This document shows, in pieces, positions 55,234 to 64,000 of a DNA stretch of 64,000 nucleotides (its first letter is position 1; every line of letters begins with the position of its first letter). The stretch lies in NCBI RefSeq assembly GCF_006345805.1, contig NW_021837040.1, positions 1 to 64,000 of the forward strand. The letters run 5' to 3'. Under the pieces are notes generated by a model that was not told where the DNA came from, ran no database searches, and saw nothing but the letters and a program-made list of their open reading frames with translations. The translations under genes were made by a program, and so were the position numbers. The stretch comes from Octopus sinensis. Its lineage: Eukaryota.

Positions 55234-55271
55234 CTGTTACTCTGAGTTTCTCGTTGCCGTTCATCAGACAG
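55234..55271 (-). ncRNA. Hammerhead motif at the tip of a ~100 bp hairpin (55204-55301)
   Basis: ctgt-CTGATGA-acg gcaa cga-GAAAC-tcaga-GTA-acag; relative at 36133-36178 has core CCGAAGA. Confidence 0.7.
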
Positions 55272-55605
55272 TTTTTGTTGAATTTTCTGCTGCTTAAAAT
55301 AAAGCATATTATTCTACCACTGGTATTTGAGTACTCTTTTTTCTACCTTGTTTCATATTTATGTGTTTACTCCGGTATATATATATATATATATATAGTT
55401 GTCTCTCTCTATATATATATGTGTGTGAGTCTGTTTACCATTTTAATAATATCAACACAGCTCAACATTTGATTGAATGTATGAACCAGAATATTATGGA
55501 TCATAAGTTGTAATATTTAATACATATACTAAAAATAAACATGGGAATATTTTGACCTAAAATATACAGAATTTGAAGAAAAGTGGTAAATAGCATTTTG
55601 CTTAC

Positions 55606-55658
55606 CCGCAATACTGCACTTCGAAATTTCCAGTCAAGTTTGATAATTCATGCTCCAT
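55606..55658 (-). CDS. Adhesion-GPCR-like small exon (MEHELSNLTGNFEVQYCG)
   Basis: ttgcag acceptor, gtaagc donor; phase 0 to 2 links both neighbours. Confidence 0.7.
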
Positions 55659-55699
55659 CTGCAATAGTTTATACATGCATATATACATATATATATATA

Positions 55700-56815
55700 C
55701 TGCTCTGTTTTCAGCAATCCTGATATGGCCGATCTGGGCTGTATCAGTGATGTCAACCCCCAACACACTATATCGGACATAACGTTTAGTGCCTCTGATG
55801 TCTTAGCGGCGATAAACGAAATAAAACACAATTCAGCAGTAGGCCCCGATAGATTCCCTGCTTGTGTCCTGAAGGTGTGTCGACACCAACTTGCATCTCC
55901 CCTTGCTAATCTGTGGAGAAACTCACTGGATGCTGGCTATATTCCAAAAAACCTTCTGTCCCAGTCTGTTGTCCCAGTTTTCAAAAAGGGAAACAAGTCC
56001 CTTGCAGTGAACTACCGTCCGATCTCACTCACCTCTCATATCATCAAGGTATTTGAGAGGGTGGTGAGATCTCGAATAACCCAATTTCTGGAAAGCAACA
56101 GGCGGCTGATCTCTAACCAACATGGGTTCCGTAATGGAAGGGACTGCCTAACGCAGCTCCTGCATCACTTTGATGACATTTTGAGAGCTTTGGGAGAGGG
56201 CTCCAACACCGATGTCATCTACCTTGATTTCAGTAAGGCCTTCGACAGGGTCGATCACAAGATCCTATTGAAAAAACTATCCAACATTGGTGTCTCTGGA
56301 AAGTTACTGAAATGGATCAAGTGTTTCCTGACAGACAGATCTCAACATGTTGTAGTTGAAGGGGTAAAATCAAGCCCAGCCAAAGTCAGTAGTGGCGTTC
56401 CGCAAGGCACTACATCTACATTAATGACATTAATGACATCATCAAGCACAGCAACATAAAAATCTTTGCAGATGACTCCAAGCTACAGAAGGTCATAAAT
56501 GAGGCGAGTGACCGGACATGCCTTCAGTCAGATCTACTGGCTGTTATCCAATGGGCAGAAAAAAACAATATGCTGCTGAACGAGGATAAATTTGAGCTAA
56601 TCCACTTTGGAAAAGAGGATGCCCTGAAACTCCCATACTCCCTTCCTTCAGGTGAAACTCTCGCGGCGTCCAACAACATCAGAGACTTGGGAGTAATTGT
56701 GGACAACAACATAAGCTGGGCCACTCATATAAACACCAAAGTTGACATGGCCCGCAGAATGTGTTCCTGGATTCTCAGAACTTTCCAGTCGAGAGATATC
56801 CACACCATTATCCTG
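55700..56815 (+). mobile_element. CR1/L2/jockey-group LINE RT fragment
   Basis: NYRPISLTS, NQHGFR, YLDFSKAFDRVDH, SGVPQG, IFADDSK, RDLGVIVD. Confidence 0.9.
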
Positions 56816-56816
56816 G

Positions 56817-57245
56817 ATATTAATAGTTATCGCCATACTAATATGGCAGTCTATAAATATAAGACTAAAGCTGTCGCTGATTAGCTCCAAGAGGCCATCG
56901 CCTCTAGCTAGCTATATGACACACGAACCTGCGTCCATTACAACCTTCGAACAGGGGAGGTCAGCCGCTTCACCTTGCTAGTCAGACATCTGCAGACATG
57001 TTTCAGGGTTGTTGCCCTTTATCAATGCAGCGTAGTCAGACCCAGCAGGTGTCGCTACTGACCGTCTGTTCGAAGATTTTATTTACCTAGTTTCAGTGGA
57101 ATACATCCACTTGTTTTCAATAATAGAAATATTAAAATTACTACGTCTCTCTAAAGGAGATTACGGCAGCGTTACTGGATATTAATCAGCGACAGCTTTA
57201 GTCTTATATTTATAGACTGCCATATTAGTATGGCGATAACTATTG

Positions 57246-57249
<4 letters not shown>
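56817..57249. mobile_element. Inverted-repeat element with a degenerate hammerhead (56991-57029, minus)
   Basis: ~65 bp arms; tgca-TTGATAA-aggg..ccct-GAAAC-at-GTC-tgca. Confidence 0.65.
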
Positions 57250-57340
<91 letters not shown>

Positions 57341-57992
57341 GATAAAATAAATGTTTCATTCTCGAGCAATGTCAGGCGCATTGAGGGACGGTTTCCAGGT
57401 TTCAATGGCGTATATATTCCCCGCCTGAATGGGTCACCGGTCCGTTTCATGGTTACTCATTTTTGCCAGCTGAGTAGACTGAAGCAACGTAAATAAATTG
57501 TTTTGCTGAAGAACACAACATGTCGCCCCGTCCAGGAATCGAAATTGCAATCTTACTATGAGTCTAACATCCTAATCACTAATGCACACTTCTATATACA
57601 TAATAGGTTGTCCATTTCTCTGGTGTTCTTCCTAGAGGTAAGACGAAAGTTTTCTCATGTTCTCAGCGCGCACATATCCTTGCCTCTACACATTCAGTAA
57701 AGCTTTACCTAGCGTCGAACGGTTATCGACTGTTATTTCCAGCAAATATTGATACCTTGTTGCGCCACTATAGTCTAATTATAATGCTACGTTTACGATG
57801 TTTTATTTCGCTGGAACATAATACTATTGCACGGAAAATAATTCTACTGTATTCTAATAAATAATATCTATAATTAATAATATATACATACATACGTATA
57901 TACATACATATATACATACACACTCACACACACATACATACACACACACACACACATATATATATATACACACACACACACCACACACATAT

Positions 57993-58024
<32 letters not shown>

Positions 58025-58041
58025 CATACACACACACACAC

Positions 58042-58122
<81 letters not shown>

Positions 58123-58495
58123 TTAAGATTCCGTTGAATTAGGTACTTAAATTGAGGTACCTTGTTAGGTCGGTATAATCCGCACACCTAAACAATAACA
58201 ATTGAATATTGAATATCAAAAATATTCCTGAGTTGCAGGCTACTGGTTTAAAACTGATATTAATTAAATTGATATTCAATTTATCATCCTCATTATTTAA
58301 ATTTTAAATAATTATGTTCTCTAACCGGCAACATTAACTGCAGTGAATTATCTACTGCGGAACTGTTTCCGAGATTTACGCGCCAGAACTTAGACATTTG
58401 AAAATAACCCCAATGTAATCGGTAGAACTATACACATGTCTAATTTTATAAGGGCAACTAGTGTTTAGTTTTACAAATTATATTGAATTGGAACG

Positions 58496-58565
58496 ATCGT
58501 ACTGAAGAGTCCACGGACGATGATTTCGTAAGTAAAATTCGTTGATTACGAAATCGGTCTACGAT
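58496..58565 (+). ncRNA. Hammerhead-like motif with branched stem II
   Basis: atcgta-CTGAAGA-gt...ac-GAAAT-cg-GTC-tacgat. Confidence 0.55.
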
Positions 58566-58721
58566 TAAGTCTGTATTTTGTATATTTCCATCTGTCTTAC
58601 CCACTTATGTTCTGGTGTTTGCTGAATTTCTCAAGAGAACAGTATTTTTCTTTGTAGTTCGATCGTAGGTGATCTTCTTCTAGCATACTGGATGTCCACT
58701 TAGTGGTCATCCCTATTATAC

Positions 58722-58752
<31 letters not shown>

Positions 58753-59028
58753 TAGATAAATAAATATAGGGATGGTATTATTAAAATACCATCACAAGTG
58801 GGAAGCGAATTATCAGCCGTACAGGCAAATTTATAAAATATATACATACAATATTAGATATGTACATATATACACAAGGGTACTAGATTAGCGATATAGC
58901 GGTACTAGAAGGGTACTCATGTAGTACCCTTGTGTATATATGTACATGTCTAATATTGTATGTATATATTTCATTATATATATATATACGCACACACATA
59001 CATATGTGTGTGTGTGTTGCGCGCATGG

Positions 59029-59090
<62 letters not shown>

Positions 59091-59104
59091 AAATTGGTAC
59101 TCAC

Positions 59105-59196
59105 AGCTCTGGATATGTTTTCAGCAAGACTTTCATTTTCCTTGAATTTAAACGTCGAACTGGAAATCAGAGGAAATACAAAGGAATTGCTCCAGC
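59105..59196 (-). CDS. Adhesion-GPCR-like exon (GWSNSFVFPLISSSTFKFKENESLAENISRA)
   Basis: ccatag acceptor, gtgagt donor; phase 1 to 0. Confidence 0.72.
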
Positions 59197-60241
59197 CTAT
59201 GGAAAGATATAAAAATAGAAGAGAATCATTGCTTTCGTAAATGAGAGACATCTCATAGATATCATGAAGATATAAATATGATTATCAATATAATAACAGT
59301 GAGGTGTGTTATATTGAGATGAGGGAACCTGACAACGGATTCACTTCATTTACAACTGACAAACGCATCAATTCCACATGATTACATTTCTTTCGTTCAC
59401 GGTGCCAGAGAGACTACACAGTTCAAAGGAGCCGGTAAGATAAGTAAAATATTGGTCCGTTTATATTCTGTTATTTCATCAGGGTTACCTCTTTACCATT
59501 GCTTGTTATTCATAAGTAACTAACGGAAGAACAATCCGTTTTGATCAGAAACCAGAACATTTTAACAGACAGACAGAAATTACATCAATGTAATCATACA
59601 CATACATACATATAAACACACATTCAGACAAACGCATAGATCGAGAACAGTCATATACGCATATCTACTCACACAATATATTACGCATAAAGGCACATTC
59701 GCGTAAATACATCTTCATAAACACACATGCATTATTTATTTAAAGGACACAATACATGTCTTTATGTGTTACTAATAGTTTCATATGTTGAGGAATATCA
59801 CCAGCACATTCTTCAGGCACAAGAGATCTTGATACACCCATCCTCTTTGCAATATACTTTGCTGTTGTGCCGTCACACGCTTTTCAAATCTCCGAGGAAG
59901 GGATTTACATAAAATATTGAACAACAGGGAATGTTTTTAATCTGACCAAACTGATATTCAAAACTAAGGTTTGTTCCTCCACTTATTAGGGAACTCCTAT
60001 ACGATGACGGTCGCGGTGATCTAGTCAGTCACTCTGAAATGGGTCTTCAGTCTCTTGTTTCTGCATTTCACACAGTTTGTGATGATTTTCACTTGACCAT
60101 CAAGATAAAAAAAAACACAGTTGTAACGTTTCGGCCTGCATGTGGTGCTGTTTGCAACTTTACCAAACGTCTTTGTTAAAGATATGCTACATGAGGTCGT
60201 TGACACTTTCAAAGAACTTGGAAGATCTGTATATATATATA

Positions 60242-60373
<132 letters not shown>

Positions 60374-60394
60374 GATATATATATATATATGGAT

Positions 60395-61014
60395 TCAGGA
60401 GCTTGGCGACCTGGAGTTAGCGGTATTGAGAGAGAGATGAGGTGCAGGATGGGACACTGGCTATTCAGTTAGGAATTAAGGTATTTGATTATGTATTGAT
60501 ACGTGTTACGATGTAAAAGAAAAGAAGAGAAAGAAGAGAGAAAAAGAAGGACTCTGATGTAGACGATAATGAACTTTGAATTGTAACGTGAATTGTTGTG
60601 ATACGAACATTGTATAATGTATCGAAGTGTTCTGATTGGACTGTGACGTATCGTGAACATTATTTGATCTGAACTTGTTTGTGTATGAACACTGTTATAT
60701 TGTTACATGCATGTTTAAATGATTTGATCTGTTGTATGATGTATTGATTTGTTGTTTCCCTTAAATGCGTTGATGTATCTTGATGTTGTAACAATTGATT
60801 GTCATATAAACTGTTGTTAAATGTAAGCCAGTAGTTGTTGCCAGTGTTGCCGTTTTGCCTCTGTATCTCTGTGCTGCTGCGGTTGTTGTTGTTGTTGTGT
60901 AGGTCTCCTCTCTCTCCTCTCTCCGACGAGTTTCCGTGGCTTATTCGCTGCATCGAACGGGCCTGTGTGAGGATTTCCGTAACAGTTCGAATCGGATGTT
61001 CCCCACCCTGTCGT

Positions 61015-61018
<4 letters not shown>
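60395..61018 (-). mobile_element. Possible LTR fragment
   Basis: Starts TGTTACG on the minus strand and sits between TA microsatellites; no coding support. Confidence 0.3.
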
Positions 61019-61049
<31 letters not shown>

Positions 61050-61229
61050 AATATAATGTGAAAATTATACAAAATGTATAAATAGATGATGAGTAAAGCG
61101 CCGGCACAGTTTAGGTTAGCAGAGAGACCCAGAACGACGGGTCGAAACATATGTTGCACTCAATAAAGTCTATTACACATTCTCTCTTCTATTTTATCAA
61201 TAATATATATATAATATATATATATATAT

Positions 61230-61283
<54 letters not shown>

Positions 61284-61288
61284 ATCTA

Positions 61289-61319
<31 letters not shown>

Positions 61320-61646
61320 ATATATATATGTGTACATATATATGCATGTGAGTTTGTCTGTGTTTGTGTCACGATCACTGCTTGATAACCGTTGTTGGAG
61401 TGTTTGCATCCCCGTATTGCCCTTAGTTAAAAAAGATTAATAGAATAAGACCTGGGTTTAAAAAAGAAGAACTGCGCTTGATTTATTCGACTAAAACTCT
61501 TTAAGGCGGTGCCCCAGCATGATTGCAATCTAATGACTGAAACGGGAAAAACAAGGTAAGCAAGCCACAAGAAATATTTAAATGTGTTTAACCTTTTATC
61601 TATAATAAATCAGGTTTAATTATATCAGAAAATCAACAACACTGAC

Positions 61647-61830
61647 CTATGAAATCCTTCTTGTTACATAAGTTTCCGATGCAGCAAGCAACGCAGGTAG
61701 AGCCACTTGTCAATTCATTGCATGTAAGGGTGTTGTTTTTCATAGCATCATCACATTTTCTGAATGTGCTGCAGGATTTTTCAAACTTCAGTTTAATGCC
61801 ATCCATTGATAATTTAAATTGGCATACAGG
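61647..61830 (-). CDS. Adhesion-GPCR-like exon, Ly6/uPAR (three-finger)-like Cys-rich domain
   Basis: PVCQFKLSMDGIKLKFEKSCSTFRKCDDAMKNNTLTCNELTSGSTCVACCIGNLCNKKDFI; ttacag acceptor, gtcagt donor; phase 0 to 1; not in the ORF track. Confidence 0.8.
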
Positions 61831-61970
61831 CTGTAACAGTAAACACAGAAATCATATACAACTACGACAACACAAAAGATATTTAAGATGGAAAACGTTG
61901 AGTCATTGCTTTTAAAATCATCAAAAGGCAACAAAGGAAATGTTGAAAGATGACTGCACCCACTGAGTTA

Positions 61971-62837
61971 TCTTTATATATATAAAACTGAGAATGTGTG
62001 TCTGTCTGTCTGTGCGTTTCCCTAAAATTTGAGAACTACACAACCAATTTCATTCAAATTTTACACATGCCTTACTTAGGGTACGGGGAGTGTCATCGGC
62101 AAAAAACTCTTAACTTTTTCCCTAAGGCGACCCCACAGCAATATCATATCTTCTCCACAACGATTCCCTAAAACTTGAGAACTACACAACCAATTTCATT
62201 CAAATTTTACACATGCCTTACTTTGGGTTCATGTAGTATCATGGGCAAAAAAATGTTCAACTTCTTGCCTAGAGCGAGCCCATAGCAATATCATATCTTC
62301 ACTATTTCAGTATTACGTGTTAAAAGTGAAATAAAAATATTTCTCTATTTTATGTCAGATGCTTTCAATTTAATAATAAAAATAATAATAACAATTGAAT
62401 TATATGTAGCAAATAATAATTAAAATCAAACTAAAGTATGATATAATCGTAACATACAAAAGTAAAAATAGCAATTGGTATAAAATTGCATCAATGATTT
62501 GAACTTGAATAAGTGGTTTCACATGAATGGGAATAAATTAAAAATATAATTAGCATGCAGAAATGGAATAGTCCAGATGGATAATAAAAAATTAAATTAA
62601 AGAAAAGACTATTGTCTATAAAGTATACAATGTAGAGAAAAAAGAAGAGCTAACAATTCCAGTCTGTTATATATTTTGAGTGTTGTTATCACTAGCGATA
62701 TCAAGATATAACTTTGTATTTTGCATTTTATGTGTAGATGTATATATATAGATGTACATTTAATATGCACACATATATATACACATATATACATGCACTA
62801 GCACTATGACCCGGCAACGACGGGTCTTTAATGCTAG
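61971..62837 (+). mobile_element. Non-autonomous Helitron
   Basis: A|TCtttatatatataaaactgag start; acccggcaacgacgggt hairpin then CTAG|T. Confidence 0.8.
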
Positions 62838-63095
62838 TCTACTATAAAACTAATTGGTATTTACTACATCTAAATGATATTTATAAATAGCCCCAATATG
62901 CAACGTTCTCATATCACGTGGCAATACGGCCCTCGAAATACGGCCTATCATACCACTCCGCCAGACGCCATCAAACGCACATAAACACGCAATCGCGCAC
63001 GCACACACATGTACACATACGCACGCACACAAACACACTGAGAAGGGAAATGACAAATAATAATAATTCTGTATAATTCGATTAGAACTTCTTAC

Positions 63096-63174
63096 TCAGG
63101 GGTAAGTGCATTGAATTCTCTGTGCAAAATGTACGACCAGTCACGATTACAAACACCAGCAACAACAGTGTATA
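63096..63174 (-). CDS. Putative signal-peptide exon (YTLLLLVFVIVTGRTFCTENSMHLPL)
   Basis: tttgtag acceptor, gtaaga donor, hydrophobic core; start codon not located. Confidence 0.6.
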
Positions 63175-63562
63175 CTACAAAGATAATACTATCTCAAGAT
63201 CACCGAAATTGGGAGTGAGTGTGTGCAGTTCAGAGATATTGAGCCCGATATTGGCTACTACTAATAATCTTGTTGAGCTCGTTGAACAGCGGAACTTGCT
63301 TCCAGGTTGACTCAGGACAAGTACTTCATTCATACCACCCTAAGTACAGCCAAGTTTGTTGGAGAAGGAGAAAGGAAGAGGCCACAATTAAGCTCGTGAG
63401 TTCGATTCGTGGACAGAGTGGCACCGTGTGTTCTTGAACAAGGCACTTCATTTTACGTTGCTCCAGTCTACTCAGATGAAACTGTGTAACCAGCCTATTG
63501 CCGGTCATCTTTCTCTCCTTTCAAATGTGTAATCATTGTTCTTCTGCTAAGTCAAAGATGAT

Positions 63563-63850
63563 TGGAGGCACATGACCTAGTGATTAGAGAAGCGGACTCG
63601 CATTCGAGGGAGCGCGGGTTCGAATCTCAAACCGGGGGATGTGTGTGTTTATGAGCGAAACACCTAATCTCCACGCGACTCCGGCAGAAGGCAATGGCGA
63701 ACTTCTGCTGACTCTTTCGCCACAACTTTCTCTTGCTCTTTCCTTCTGCATCTTGCAGCTCACCTACGGCGGACCGGCCTCCCGTCCAGGAGACCGGGAA
63801 ACCGGCCTTTATGAGCTAGGCATGGCTCGAGAAGGAACGAACAAAAAAGT
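63563..63850 (+). mobile_element. tRNA-derived SINE
   Basis: tggaggcacatgacctagtg...gggttcgaatct A/B boxes. Confidence 0.75.
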
Positions 63851-64000
63851 CAAAGATGGGAAAATCGAGCAGATGCCTATGCGACTACATAGGCACCGAA
63901 AACAAACAATTAGCGAATGCACGGTAGAAGCTACTTGGCCACCCTGGCCTTAGATGAGGGCTATGAGTATATTTATTACAAAAAGGAAGGAAGGAGCATT

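Noticed and set aside
59790-60110. Cys-containing minus-strand stretch considered as a GPCR exon
   Set aside because: Stops present and no clean splice sites; more likely a decayed transposon piece
63563-63640. tRNA gene
   Set aside because: tRNA-like head of a SINE, followed by SINE body; no full cloverleaf

Overview
AT-rich, repeat-dense eukaryotic genomic DNA; the SINE families and microsatellite load suggest an octopus or other cephalopod (inference). Most ORFs in the track are microsatellite translations. Supported content: (1) a minus-strand multi-exon adhesion-GPCR-like gene (~26.9-63.2 kb) with signal peptide, Ly6/three-finger-like, SEA-like, hormone-receptor and 7TM exons; its GAIN/GPS and TM1-4 exons were not found and it has an early TGA. 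(2) A lone 5S rRNA gene. (3) A ~13 kb (TAA)n tract holding several R4/Dong-type LINE copies. (4) Penelope-like elements, Helitrons, Tc1/mariner relics, a CR1-like LINE, tRNA-SINEs and an ankyrin gene fragment. The main observation is about 17 minimal type-I hammerhead ribozyme motifs from several unrelated repeat families. These include an ORF-less ~527 bp tandem array with one intact hammerhead per unit (retrozyme-like), lying sense to the host gene's intron. All structures were read by eye; no folding or database search was run.
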